From an uncultured delta proteobacterium (GTDB taxonomy: Bacteria; Desulfobacterota; Syntrophobacteria; Syntrophobacterales; Syntrophobacteraceae), in contig CAWEHK010000001.1 in assembly GCA_963808625.1 (NCBI GenBank), positions 1-51,398 of the forward strand: a stretch of 51,398 nt of DNA, given 5' to 3'. Each line of letters opens with the position of its first letter. The first letter of the stretch is position 1. Positions 1 through 11,543 of the stretch are shown piece by piece. The notes under the pieces are model-generated. The model ran no database searches, was not told where the DNA came from, and was given only the letters and a program-made list of their open reading frames with translations. A program made the position numbers and the translations under genes.

Positions 1-947
1 CCATACTGGTGGGATCGATATCAATCTGGATCTTCGTGGCGTCGGGGCAAAGCCCGCCACTTTTCCGGTGACGCGATCGTCGAAACGGGCCCCGACGGCG
101 ATCAACAAGTCCGAGTTGGAGACCGCCATATTGGCGCGATAGGTTCCGTGCATCCCCAGCATTCCCAGCCATAAGGGATGCAGCCTGCTTTTGCCGCCGG
201 CACCGGGGACGACGGATGGTAACGTGCCCAGACCCATCAGCGTATTGGTGACCGGGATCTGGAGCAACTCGGCAATCCGGCGGAGTTCTTCCGGGGCGCG
301 CGAGTGGATGATGTCGCCGCCCGCATAGATCACCGGCCGCCGGGGCCTGCTTGATCGATTCGTAGGCCTTTTTGATCTGCCCCATGTGGGCATCGAGGGT
401 CGGACGATAGCCCGGGAGGTCCGCCTTTCTCGGGTATCGAAACTCGGTATAGGTCTGGAGCATATCCTTGGGCAAATCGACCACGATGGGGCCGGGGCGA
501 CCCGTCCGAGCCAGATAAAAAGCCTCCTTGATGGTCCTTGCCAGATCGTTGACATCCCTCACGAGGTAGCTGTGTTTTGTGCACGGCCGGGTGATGCCGA
601 TGATGTCAACCTCCTGAAAGGCGTCGTCGCCGATCATGGCGGTCGGGAGCCGCCCCGTAAAAACGATAATGGGGACCGAATCCATGTTGGCCGTGGCCAC
701 CCCGGTCACGGTGTTGGTCGCCCGGACCCCGAGGTCACCAGGCACACGCCCACGCGACCGGGGCCCGCGCGTAGCCGTCCGCCATGTGGGCTGCTCCCTG
801 CTCGCGGCGCACCAAAATGTGCCGAATGCCATAGTTGCGCATTTCATGATACACATCCAGGACCGACCCTCCGGGGAACCCGAAAATGGTCTCGACACCC
901 TCCCTCTTGAGGCTTTCAAAAAAGATCTGTGCTCCCTTTAATCTCAT
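1..947 (-). CDS. ilvB: Acetolactate synthase large subunit, frameshifted, runs off the window start
   Basis: N-terminus [30 protein letters not shown]...[13 protein letters not shown]. Downstream frames give [35 protein letters not shown]. Several frame breaks. Confidence 0.9.
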
Positions 948-1145
948 CGATGATCCCTCAATGCTCGACCTGCCCTCAGGTCAATGTTTGTTGCGTCTGT
1001 ATACAAACTTATTTCAGAAACGTTTTACATAACTTAAAATAGCACTTGGCTTCCATAAAAAAATTAGTTTTGCCTGGGAGCGTTCAGCCGAGAGCGCCGA
1101 GCGAATTAATTGAAAGTCCTTCGCGTGAGCAGATTTTCTTTTTTT

Positions 1146-1230
1146 ACCACGAAGGACACGAAGAGCACGAAGAAGATCAAAGAGATTATGGGAAATGGTT
1201 TTCTTCGTGTTTCTTCGTGCTCTTCGTGGT
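1146..1230. repeat. Converging 9-bp tandem-array palindrome (CACGAAGNN x3 ... CTTCGTG x3)
   Basis: CACGAAG at 1148, 1157 and 1166; inverted CTTCGTG at 1203, 1213 and 1222. Confidence 0.9.
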
Positions 1231-1302
1231 TAGAAAAGATTGATTAAAGCGATGATACTTCGACAGGGCCGCCGCGTCAGCACCGGCTAAGCGAGGCAAT
1301 CC

Positions 1303-1464
1303 ATGCAAGAAATTTTTAAATCTATTGGCGAGGTACTCAAAACATGCCTTGAGGCCGACCCGAAGATCAGGGCAAAGGTCATTGCCGTTTACCTCGTTGG
1401 CTCCTACGCCACCCCCAACTGGCGGTCAAGCAGGTCCATCTCGGAACGAAAGCACCGCTTATGA
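1303..1464 (+). pseudogene. Truncated minimal nucleotidyltransferase (MNT)-like fragment
   Basis: Hand translation MQEIFKSIGEVLKTCLEADPKIRAKVIAVYLVGSYA... The hYLhGSYA motif is present but the following DxD is missing. Confidence 0.5.
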
Positions 1465-1526
1465 GAAGTGTAGCCAGGGGGCGCAGCCAGTCAACGCTTA
1501 AGCAAAAGAAAAGTCCGTAGAAGACT

Positions 1527-1586
1527 GCCCAGGCTGACTGAAGCGGGCACGCATAGAGCCGCGTGCCGCTGACGGTAATTTTCAGC
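1527..1586 (+). other. Degenerate attC-like site
   Basis: Stem AGCGG-GCACGC...GCGTG-CCGCTGA ending in TTTCAGC. R boxes are degenerate. Lies just upstream of the TA pair. Confidence 0.4.
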
Positions 1587-1633
1587 GTCCTGTAAACCAT
1601 GCCCAGGTGATATAATACGGCTTAACCTTATCC

Positions 1634-1870
1634 ATGGAGGATACCATGAGAGTAAGTGAGAGAGTATACGAAGAGGTAAAGAAGCTACCGGAACCAGTCC
1701 AAGCAGAGGTGCTGGATTTCGTTCAATACCTGGCCTCAAAAATGGAACGAGAAAGCACGCCAGACAATGAACTTACTTCGGCCAGACTGTCTCTTTCGCT
1801 GGCCATGCGTGGCATGGAAGATGAGGATACCCCGAGCTATTCCGCCAATGACTTGAGGGAACCTTTCTAA
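1634..1870 (+). CDS. DUF2281-family antitoxin-like protein
   Basis: EEVKKLPEPVQAEVLDFVQYL signature; TAATG overlap with the toxin gene. Confidence 0.8.
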   Translation: MEDTMRVSERVYEEVKKLPEPVQAEVLDFVQYLASKMERESTPDNELTSARLSLSLAMRGMEDEDTPSYSANDLREPF

Positions 1871-2217
1871 TGAGAAAATCCGGTCAGATCGTCCTCTTCA
1901 AGCTTCCACAAACAGATCAGTTGGATGCAAAACTGCGGCCGGCCTTGCTCATAGGAAGACTCCCTGGTCAGTTCGGCGATTGGCTCATTTGTATGATCTC
2001 ATCGCAACTCAGGCACTACGTTGAAGGATTTGATGAAATCATTCATCAAGATGCCACCGACTTCTCTGCCTCCGGACTGAAGGCCACAAGCGTGGTCAGG
2101 GTTGGCCGCCTGGCGGTCGTAGACGAAAGCATTCTGGTCGGCTCAATCGGAAAGATCGCTCCTGAAAGGCTAAGGAGAATCAAATCCGGTCTGGCCAACT
2201 GGCTTATGAGCACCTAG
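1870..2217 (+). CDS. PemK/MazF-family toxin
   Basis: GQIVLFKLPQTD...KLRPALLI...ICMISSQ...GLKATSVVR. Confidence 0.85.
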   Translation: MRKSGQIVLFKLPQTDQLDAKLRPALLIGRLPGQFGDWLICMISSQLRHYVEGFDEIIHQDATDFSASGLKATSVVRVGRLAVVDESILVGSIGKIAPERLRRIKSGLANWLMST

Positions 2218-2280
2218 CCAAAAAGGATTGACGACTCCAGGCTGTATCGGGGTCGTTTCAATCCATGGTCTGGGTTGGCC
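2212..2280 (+). other. attC-like site ending the TA cassette
   Basis: ACCTAGC (contains the toxin stop) ... GGATTGA-CGAC / GTCG-TT-TCAATCC stem with a bulge ... GTTGGCC. Confidence 0.55.
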
Positions 2281-2304
2281 AGGCCAGGGACAAGGGAGAT
2301 TCCG

Positions 2305-2688
2305 ATGAAAGTCCTGAAACGGACGAACCGGTTTTACGATACCTCTCGCTTTGGACAGCCCCAGATTCGTGTGTACCACAAGAATGGCGTTGGCAAGAGA
2401 ATGCCGCGCTATCTGCTCAAATGCGGCTGTTGTGATGAGAGGGTGGAGATCCACTACGCGGACGACGGCCTGGAAATTGGTGGCGTCAACGGCACGATCG
2501 AGGACTGGCGTGAGATCCTGCTCCCGTTGCTTTTGATCGAGCAGCACGGGAGCGGTTCGTGGATCAGCGGAAGGCAAAGGCCGACACAACCGCCCCGCAA
2601 GACTCATCAGGCGACTCTCGTGCCTCGCAAGTCTGAGCTCAGCGCTGAGCGATGCCGAACTTTCATCGATATTGCCTTTCACAGATAA
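2305..2688 (+). CDS. Hypothetical protein (CGCC motif), probable cassette ORF
   Basis: GGGAG RBS, then MKVLKRTNRFYDTSRFGQPQIRVYH...LKCGCCDE. The tail reads through an attC-like site. Confidence 0.6.
   Translation: MKVLKRTNRFYDTSRFGQPQIRVYHKNGVGKRMPRYLLKCGCCDERVEIHYADDGLEIGGVNGTIEDWREILLPLLLIEQHGSGSWISGRQRPTQPPRKTHQATLVPRKSELSAERCRTFIDIAFHR
2592..2650 (+). other. Degenerate attC-like site
   Basis: AAGACTCA-TCAGGCGAC-TCTCGTGCCTCG-CAA-GTCTGAGC-TCAGC-GCTGAGC, resembling short attC sites with mutated R boxes. Confidence 0.5.
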
Positions 2689-2710
2689 AGAGGAGTTCAC
2701 AGTGGCCGAT

Positions 2711-4691
2711 CTAGCCCGACTTTACCGCGTTCGGGATGACATTACGGCTAACCAATCATTATCACAAAGAAAATTAAACACCATACGTATGACCTAACAA
2801 ATGTAGGCGAAATACTTATCAGAGCTCGCCATATTATCCTTTATTTAAAGCTTTATAAAAAAGTAATTGACACGATGTGGTGCATAATGTATGACCTAAT
2901 TGATGGCAAGCTTAACTAAAAAAATTATCCGCGGGCAGACTTATTACTACGCCCGCGAATGTCAACGCGTCGACGGCAAGCCCAAGATCGTTTGGCAGAA
3001 GTATCTTGGTCGCCTCGACGATATCCTCGCGGCTGCGGCTATACGCAACCACGCGATCTCGCTTCCCCAACCCGAACGGGAGGGACTGTTGGTCGAGCTC
3101 GGGGCCACTGCTGCCTTGTACGATCTCTCAGCACGCATGAACCTGAGCGTCCTCATTGATCGACAGGTTCCCAAACGCGGCAACGGTCCTTCGGTCGGCA
3201 CCTATCTCCTGGTGGCTATCCTTAACCGTTGTGTGGACCCGCGAAGCAAAGCCCAGATAGCTGAATGGTTCGATAAGACCATACTCCACCGTCTGATCGA
3301 CATCCGAAGCAGTCAACTGACGAGTCAACGCTACTGGGACAACATGGACCGGCTTTCGGCCGAGGCCATTTTGGCGATTGAGGCTGAGTTGACGGTCCGA
3401 GTAGTGGAACAGTTCCAACTCGACGTGCGCCGGCTCCTGTTCGATGCCACCAACTTCTTCACGTTTATCGACACCTTCAACAACAAATCGACCCTGGCGC
3501 AGCGGGGTAAGAGCAAGGAAGGACGGAGCTCCCTTCGCATCGTGGGGCTTGCGCTCTTGGTGACCGCCGACTTTCATGTGCCGTTGTTCCATCACACGTA
3601 TCCCGGAAACCAGCCCGATGCCCCTACTTTCGCCGGTCTCACAGAGGCGGTGGTTGCCCGCTGCAATCGCTTCGTAGAAGGCGTTGAGGACGTCACTCTC
3701 ATCTTCGACAAAGGCAACAACTCTCAGGACAATCTCCGTGCCGTCGACGTCTCAAGTTACCATTTCGTAGGCTCCCTGGTTCCCACCCAACACCCGGATC
3801 TTCTCCAGATTTCAAGAGACGAGCTCCGATCACTGGCCGAAGAAGGGCTGCCTACCGTCTACGCGTACCGCACGACGAAGACCGTATTCGGCCGGAAGCG
3901 CACCATCGTGGTCACGTACAACGATAACCTCTTTGTCGCCCAAGCCAAAACACTTCAGAGGGAGATCGCCAAACGATGCCAACGGCTTCGGGATTTGCGC
4001 ATGCACCTGGAGAGTTGGAGGGCCGGGCAACTGCGTGGAGGCAAAAAACCCACCGTTGCCGCCACCGAGAAGAAGGTCAAAGCTTGGCTTAAAGCCAGGC
4101 ACATGAAAGATCTCTTTAGCGTCGAGATTAGAGAGCGAGACGGCCTGCCGGACGTCATTTGCCAGTTCAATAACGATGCCTGGGAGAACCTTCAAACCAC
4201 CTTGCTTGGGAAAACCATCCTGTTCACCGATAATGACCAATGGTCGGATGGCGAAATCGTCCGCGCCTATCGCTCGCAGTATCATGTCGAAGAAGCCTTC
4301 CGCGAGATGAAGAATCCACACCACATCGCACTACGCCCGCAGTATCATTGGACCGATCAGAAGGTCCACGTTCATGTGTTCACCTGTGTGGTAGCACTGA
4401 TGTTGTTGAGCCTTTTGCGCCGGGAGCTACACCACAAGGGGATTGACCTGTCGACCCGACGAATCATCGAATCACTCAGCGAGATTCGGGAAATGACAAT
4501 GTTTTTCCCATCTGAAAATGGGAAGGATAAACCAACGATGAAGACCTCTCTCAGCACGATGACTAAGGAACAAAAGCAAATCTACCAAACTCTCGATCTT
4601 GATCGCTATACCAGTTAGGTCATACAAAACATGGGCACTTTCTCCTTTATTAACAACTACTTACAGAATTAGCACGGTAAAGTCGGGCTAG
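2711..4691 (+). mobile_element. IS1634-family insertion sequence
   Basis: Perfect 17-bp inverted repeats CTAGCCCGACTTTACCG (2711-2727) and CGGTAAAGTCGGGCTAG (4675-4691) enclose the transposase. The terminal CTAG may instead be the target duplication. Confidence 0.92.
2900..4618 (+). CDS. IS1634-family DDE transposase, intact
   Basis: 572 aa; YYYARECQRVDGKPK, LFDATNFF, IFDKGN, YRSQYHVEEAFREMK, PQYHWTDQKVHVHVFTCV. Confidence 0.92.
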   Translation: MMASLTKKIIRGQTYYYARECQRVDGKPKIVWQKYLGRLDDILAAAAIRNHAISLPQPEREGLLVELGATAALYDLSARMNLSVLIDRQVPKRGNGPSVGTYLLVAILNRCVDPRSKAQIAEWFDKTILHRLIDIRSSQLTSQRYWDNMDRLSAEAILAIEAELTVRVVEQFQLDVRRLLFDATNFFTFIDTFNNKSTLAQRGKSKEGRSSLRIVGLALLVTADFHVPLFHHTYPGNQPDAPTFAGLTEAVVARCNRFVEGVEDVTLIFDKGNNSQDNLRAVDVSSYHFVGSLVPTQHPDLLQISRDELRSLAEEGLPTVYAYRTTKTVFGRKRTIVVTYNDNLFVAQAKTLQREIAKRCQRLRDLRMHLESWRAGQLRGGKKPTVAATEKKVKAWLKARHMKDLFSVEIRERDGLPDVICQFNNDAWENLQTTLLGKTILFTDNDQWSDGEIVRAYRSQYHVEEAFREMKNPHHIALRPQYHWTDQKVHVHVFTCVVALMLLSLLRRELHHKGIDLSTRRIIESLSEIREMTMFFPSENGKDKPTMKTSLSTMTKEQKQIYQTLDLDRYTS

Positions 4692-4759
4692 TGGAAAGTT
4701 GGCGTTGTTGCCGCCGGGGTGCGTAAATCGAGTGGCCGGCTCGGGGTATGATCGGGTGA

Positions 4760-5949
4760 CTATCTGAGGAAAGAGGATCCTTTTTGCCCGTCGCCGCCGC
4801 TGACATCCAGTGCCTCCAGCAACCCACCCAAATGCTTCAGGGGATAGACCGTGATGCGCTCGTGAACGGGATAATCGTTGGCGCCGGGGTAAATGAGCCA
4901 AAGGTGGTCGAGCTTCAGCGCCTCCAGGGTGCGGTGCAACGATTTGGTGACCTTGGGAGCTTCACTGAATGTGAAATCGATTCCGAGGCGTCGGCCGCGG
5001 TGAAGGAAGAAAAGGTCGAGCTTGGCGACGCTGTGGGTGGCCCAAGAGTATGCTTCGGCTGGTTTCAGGACACGCAGGGTTTGCTCCAGGGCAAAACCCT
5101 CCCAGGAAGCGCCAAGACGAGGATGCCCCAGGAGGCTGTGACGATCAGGAAGGCTCAGGAGCGCGTGCAGCAGTCCCGAGTCCCGCAGGTAGATCTTGGG
5201 CGCTTTGACCTGGCGTTTGCTGATGTTTTCATGCCACGGCTGGAGTTGGCGGACCATGAACGTGCCGGTGAGAATATCCAGGTAGGAACGTACGGTTTTG
5301 TCGGTAAGGCCCATTGACCGAGCCAATCCCGAGGCATTCCAGGTCTGTCCGTGGAAGTGGGCAAGCATGGTCCAGAAGCGGCGCATGGCTGCCGCTGGAA
5401 TCGAAATGCCCAATTGCGGGAGGTCACGCTCCAGGAAGGTGCGCACGAAGCCCTCTCGCCATGCCATGCTGTCGTCATCTGAGGCCGCGAGAAAAGCGCG
5501 CGGAAACCCACCCCTCAGCCACAGTTCCTCAAGGGATTCGGTCCCCGTCTCCTGGAGATCGAAACCAGAAAGTTCAACAAATTCCACTCGTCCGGCAAGG
5601 GTCTCAGAGACGCGCTTAACAATTTGAGGGGAGGCGCTGCCCAGCACGATGAAGCGAACCTGGCTCGTCGGCCGGTCAACAGCACTCGCAGAGCTTTGAA
5701 GAGCTCGGGCATCTCCTGGATCTCATCAAGGATGGCAAGGCCTTGAAGCCTTCCCAGCATCAGTTCAGGATTTTCCAGGCGCTGTCGGTCGGGCTGCGAT
5801 TCCAGATCGAAATAGGTGGTCCTGTGCTCCTGGGCAAACTGCCGCGCAAGCGTGGTCTTCCCACACTGCCGAGGTCCCAGCAAAGCAGTGACAGGGGAGC
5901 GTCGCACCGCCGTTGCCAATTGTTTTAGATAGAACGGTCGATCAATCAT
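4760..5949 (-). CDS. AAA_14 ATPase + DUF4143 protein, copy 1 (one frameshift near 5680)
   Basis: GPRQCGKT Walker A, ILDEIQ Walker B, KAPKIYLRDSGLL. One C is missing relative to copy 2. Confidence 0.9.
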
Positions 5950-5998
5950 GGGATGATTTTACCTTGAAAATTCGGAGAGTAATCCGAAGTTTCAAGGT
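5950..5998 (-). promoter_or_regulatory. Palindromic operator/promoter abutting the ATPase start codon
   Basis: ACCTTGAAAATTCGGA-N6-TCCGAAGTTTCAAGGT (5961-5998). On the minus strand, TAAAAT lies 6 nt before the ATG. Confidence 0.7.
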
Positions 5999-6272
5999 GA
6001 GATTACCAGGGCAATATGTACTTATGTGTCCTGCTGATTAAGGTATTGCGGGATTTGTCATTTTTCCATATCCTTGAAGCTGGCGTTTGCCATGGAAGAC
6101 GACGAACCATCTTACCAATTCGACATGAGCTGCGCTGAGAGAATCTTGAAGAGTTGGGTTCAGGAGTTTTTGAAAGCCCTGGAGGGCCAGAATTGGTTTC
6201 ACAAAAGACGGTCCTGTTGACCTCTTACGGCTTTTCCACTCTGCGCCGAGAGCTGACACCTGACATGCTTCT

Positions 6273-7083
6273 ATGGCTGGTACATTCGGAATGAAAACAC
6301 GGTTGCCCAAGAATGATAGCAAAGCTAAGCATTCATCTGCAGAAAAGACTCAGAAAGGTTACGTCAGTTCTGAACGGATCAGGACCTGGCCCACAAAGGA
6401 GCGCCCCCGCGAACGACTCCTCGCTGAAGGCCCCGAACGGCTGACTGATGCCGAGTTGCTCGCCATCATCCTTCGCGTCGGATTGGGGACGTTCAAGGAG
6501 GGCGTACCAGGAAAAAATGCCTACGATGCGGCCCTCTCCATTCTACGGGATTTCCGAGGGCTTCGCGGGCTGGACCGCGCCCGCATTCATGACCTGCTCA
6601 AGGTTCCTGGCCTTGGGCCGGCAAAGGTCGCGCAGATCAAGGCTGCGTTTGAGCTCGGAAAACGCTTGGTCGCTGGGAAACTCACAGCCCCCGCTTTTGA
6701 ATCCTCGAAGGCTGTCGCCAACCACTTCCGTCCGCGCTTCACGGGAAAGCGTCGAGGAGATCGTCATCGCCCTGTTCTTGAACGGGCAGAACCAGCGCCT
6801 TGGCGAGAAGGACATCACCGAGGGCACACCGACCCAAGCCACCGTGTATGTCCGTCGCATTCTGGAAGAAGCCCTCCACCATTCGGCAGCGGCGATCGTC
6901 CTGGTTCACAACCACCCATCGGGTACTCCTGAACCCTCAGCGGGTGACGACGAGACGACACGCGACCTCTTGCGCGCATGCAGACTGGTGGGCATGGTCC
7001 TGCTTGATCACGTGATTGTTGGCGACCCTGACCATTATAGTTATGCCGATTCCGGTCGGTTAGAGGAACTCGAGTCCGAATAG
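6273..7083 (+). CDS. radC: RadC/JAB-domain protein (frameshift near 6750)
   Basis: ERPRERLLAEGPERLTDAELLAIILR, HhH GLGPAKVAQIKA, HNHPSG...D...LLDHVIVG. Confidence 0.9.
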
Positions 7084-7094
7084 AAGGAGGCCGT

Positions 7095-9519
7095 ATGGCC
7101 AAAAAGAAACCAACACCGCAACCCTATGCCAAGCCGGACCAAATCCAGATCCGGGGCAACGAGATATTCAGTCCGCTCCGTCAGAAATGGTTAAAAGCTA
7201 CCCCGGAAGAACGTGTCCGCCAGGAGTTCATTCGACACCTTCAGAGACCATTACGGCTACACATTCGAACAGATGGATCAGGAACGGAAGACTCAGCATG
7301 GCCGGGGAAGCCCCCGCACTGACATTGTTGTATACGCGCACCTGGAAGTAAGACCCCCATTATTGTTGTGGAATGCAAGGCCGAGTCCGTAAACATCCAG
7401 CTTCGGGATTACTACCAGGGCGAGAGTTATGCCCGTGCCACCGGTTGCGAGTTCTTCGTCACCCATAACCAACGCCAAACCGCCATTTTCAAGCTCGTTC
7501 CCGGAGACCCTGGCGAAGCTGTCCAGATCAACGAGATGCCCCACGCCGAAGACTGGGGGGATGCCAAACGCATCGAGGCGATCAAGAACAGTACCCGTGC
7601 GTTCAGCCGCAAGGAGTTTCAGGACCTGTTGTTCAAGTGCCACAGCATTCTGCGCGACGTCCACAAGATGGAACCCGGTCGCGCCTTTGACGCGATCTCC
7701 AAGATTCTGTTCATCAAGATGTACATCGAGCGCACCGGCACATGGGGCACTTTCACGACCGATTATCTCGACAAACGCAACGCCGTGCGCCTCCCGACTG
7801 ACAAGCCCGTCCATGAACAGCTCTTCGACCAGACCAAGCGACATTACGAGACCTCCGAGATCTTCTCCGGGCGTGACGAATTGGAGGTTTCCGAGGAGAC
7901 ATTCCGCCGCATCGTGAAGGAATTCGAGCGCTTCAACCTCTCGGCAACCGGCGATGATATCAAAGGCCTCGCCTTCGAACGCTTCCTCGGCGACACCTTC
8001 CGTGGCGAACTCGGCCAGTTCTTCACCCCGCGCCCCGTCGTGGATTTCATGGTGAGCTGCTGGACCCGCAGGAAGGCGAACTGGTCTGCGATCCGGCGGC
8101 CGGTTCAGGCGGATTTCTGATCCGCGCGTTCGAACACGTCCGCAACAAGATCAGCGACGACGTTCAGGCCAAGAAGGACGCCTTTCGGGCGGCAACGGAG
8201 GCCAAGCACCTGAAAGAGGACGAAGAACGCGCCGATCGACGAGGCCTTCGTCCGCTTCAACCGCGAACTCGACCCGGAGCAGACCGACCCGCCGTCGCGA
8301 GTGCGGAGACTGGCCTAGGACTGCATCTTCGGCACCGACGCCGAACCGCGAGCCGCCCGCACCGCCAAGATGAACATGATCATGCACGGCGACGGCCACG
8401 GCGGCATTCACTATCATGACGGCCTTGTGGACATTAACGGCATCTTCCCCGGCCGGTTCGACATCGTCCTCACCAATCCGCCCTTCGGCCCGAACGTCGG
8501 CGAGGACCAGAAGTTCGGTGGCAGCGAAGAAACCCGCGTCCCCAATGATCGCCGCCTATCTGAACGCTGTCGGAGCACTACGGCGAGGCCTGGGAGGAAA
8601 GCCACAACCGGACCCTGAAACTCGCCGACGGCGAAGACCACCATCCTCGACGGTTTCGAGATCGGCAAAGGACAAGCCCAACCGCCCCACGGAAATCGTC
8701 TTCGTCGAGCGCTGCCTCCAGCTGCTGAGTCCCGGCGGGCGCATGGGCATCGTTCTGCCGGACGGCAATCTCAACAATCCTTCGCTTACCTGGCTGCGCC
8801 GCTGGGCCGAGGGCAAGGCGCGAATCCTCGCCGTCGTCAGCCTGCCGGAAGAGACCTTCCGCTCGGCCGATGCCACCGTAAGGCCTCGCTGGTCTTCCTC
8901 CGAAGGTTCACGGAAGCCGATGCGGCACTGGGAGGAGGCCTGGCCAAGGCGCACGCGAAACACGACGGGCTTTCAACGCGGAGCGCGCTCCGGCTCTGCG
9001 CCGAATACGGCCCCCGCATCGCGTCGGCAGACTCAGCCGAACTTGCCGCAATCCTCCCGAAACTCGAGGCCATCGGGGTGCGCCGCCAACTGCCGGAGCT
9101 GGAAACAGGCGGAGCCGCCGCCGTATCCTCGGGGAGTGGGCGTGACAACGGTCGGCAAACCCCGATGGACTGGCGAGGCGTCCGACAAGAAGCGCGTTCG
9201 GGAACTAAGAAAACGGTTCGAAGAAGCGTGGACCGAGGAAGCCGGCAAGAAAGCCGACGCGTTATGCGCGAACTCCGGGCCGCTGCGCAAGGTCGACGCC
9301 GCCCAAAACGCGGCCCTTTGGCAGCAAGTGCGCGAAACCTTCGACTACCCCGTTTTCACCGCCGCCCCGGATACCGTTGGCATCACCTCGACCGGCGCCG
9401 AGGCCCCAACCAACTCCCCGACGTGCTCGCCGCCTACCGCAAGTTCGCCGCCTGGTTTCAGGCTGGAGCCAAGCCGACCAGACGCCGGAGTTGGGCGCAT
9501 GATCTGCCAGATAAGATGA
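7095..9519 (+). CDS. Fused restriction endonuclease (HSDR_N_2-like) + N6-adenine DNA methyltransferase, heavily frameshifted
   Basis: TPEERVRQEF, DIVV...VECKA...YQGESYA nuclease motif, GQFFTPRPVV, DPAAGSGGFL, MNMIMHGDG, TNPPFG, GRMGIVLPDG. Multiple breaks and an in-frame TAG near 8317. Confidence 0.85.
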
Positions 9520-10821
9520 TGGAAGGAGTTGGACGGCAACTGGATTCGCGTCAGTCTCATTGCCCACTGTCAATCTGTTCCGCTGCCCATTTGTGATTTC
9601 TTTCACGCCGCGTTGAACCGGTTGATAAGTCAAGACGCTTGGCTGAGGTGGAGCCCATAACCATTCATTTTGACGGTTCGTTCAGCAAACGACTACTCAA
9701 AGAGGGACGGGAGTACTCGTGCCGATGTTGTGGGTTATCCCGGCGATCTCGTCTTCTCGAAAATTGACTCCCGAATGGGCCACGGTCTCCTCCAAAGGAT
9801 TCCCTAACGTTGCTGTGACCACGAATACCCGGTCCATGAACCGGACAGAAACAAGGTACTACCGGTACTTCCGCTTGCTACTGCGGACTCCCTTTTCAAA
9901 ATGTCTTTCCCGAAAACAATCAGGGCACGAGGACGCAGGAAGCGAAACTCCCCGACTTCGAGGAATCGAAGTCCCGCTTTCCGAACTACAAGACCAACGC
10001 CGGTTGGTCACCGCCTACCAGAAGGCTCTGGACAAAGCTGCCGAACTCGAAGCGCAAGCTCAGCAGATCGAACGCGACGCACAGCGGGAGTTTGAAGCCG
10101 CTCTTGGTTTGACGCCCCCGCCGGATCTCCCCAAACGCCCGTTTCAGATCGCCCGCTTCCGGGACATCGAACGCTGGAGTCATGCAGGGATTCTACAGGC
10201 CGCATTGCTCGGTGATACCCCGCCGGAATCCAGATTCGAGAGCGTGCAACTTGGCGACATCGCAACCGTATCCTACGGGCTTCAAAAATGTCCGACTAAC
10301 CGACCCGACAAACACGCACGACCCTATCTTCGTGTTGCCAACGTCCAGCGCGGTCATCTCGACCTGCGTGAGATCAAGATGATCGACGTGCCCGATACGG
10401 ACAATGCCCAAATACCGATTGGAGGACGGCGATATCTTGCTTTGTGAGGGCAACAGCGCTGACCTCGTTGGCCGGGGGGCCATCTGGAGAAATGAAATTG
10501 CCGACTGCGTTCACCAGAACCACGTGCTCCGTGTCCGCATTGACCAGCGGCGTGCAATCCCCGAATTCATCCTCGCGTACATCAACTCGCCGTCCGGCCA
10601 AGCGTATTTCCGCTCGAAGGCGAAGCGCACAACCAACCTTGCGTCTATCAACAGCAAGGAAGTCAACCTGGCAGGTACCTCTGCCTGAGGACATAGCGAC
10701 ACAAGTTGCGATAGTGCGGCTTGTGAAGAAAGGACGCGAAGCAGCCGCCTCGAAACGGAAACAGGCCGCCGAACTCCTTACCGCCGCGTGGAACGACTTC
10801 ATAAAAGCCGTATTCGCGTAG
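9500..10821 (+). CDS. Restriction-modification specificity (S) subunit with two TRDs, frameshifted
   Basis: IEVPLSELQDQRRLV, VQLGDIATVSYGLQK, PYLRVANVQRG, GDILLCEGNSADLVGR, HQNHVLRVR, TTNLASINSKEV. Confidence 0.85.
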
Positions 10822-10885
10822 GGGGAGCAAAACCCATGATGACAGGCAAGGTGTCTATCTCAGCCATGGCTAAAGCATCCGGGTC

Positions 10886-10925
10886 GCTCGTCGGTCGTGC
10901 CCGCGAGGTATGGCACGCTTTTTTT
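10886..10925 (+). terminator. Putative rho-independent terminator downstream of the RM operon
   Basis: CGTGCC-loop-GGCACG followed by a T tract. Confidence 0.45.
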
Positions 10926-10948
10926 CAAAGCGGATTAAGTCAGGCATA

Positions 10949-11216
<268 letters not shown>

Positions 11217-11229
11217 GCAGGAGGCAGCA

Positions 11230-11484
11230 ATGCATTGGGACGTAATGTCCGCAGAGGTGATCGATCATCTCGAATTCATCGTAACCTTTGCCGATGGGGT
11301 CAGGGGGAGGGTGAAGATGCTCCCGTCACACCTGTTCGGTGTTTTCGAGCGACTGAAAGACCCGTCCGTATTCAGCCAGTTGCGGGTTACAGACGGCTTC
11401 GTCTCGTGGCAGGGGGAGATTGACCTCGCTCCGGATGCCATGTATGAGGCCATCCGTCGTGATGGTGAGTGGGTGCTGAGCTGA
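11230..11484 (+). CDS. DUF2442-family protein, partner of DUF4160
   Basis: VTFADGVRG...GVFERLKDPSVFSQ...VSWQGEIDLAPDAMYE. Confidence 0.85.
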   Translation: MHWDVMSAEVIDHLEFIVTFADGVRGRVKMLPSHLFGVFERLKDPSVFSQLRVTDGFVSWQGEIDLAPDAMYEAIRRDGEWVLS

Positions 11485-11543
11485 ATGACCAAGCCCAAGA
11501 GAACCCCGGAGATCGACTTTCGGGAGCAAACCACTGGGCAGCT

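Noticed and set aside
1046..1243. Small ORFs such as HEGHEEHEE, HGIHGIHG and SAISACSAV
   Set aside because: In-frame translations of 9-bp repeat arrays.
6092..6220. 42-aa ORF MEDDEPSYQFDMSCAERILKSW upstream of radC
   Set aside because: No recognisable motif or RBS; insufficient support.
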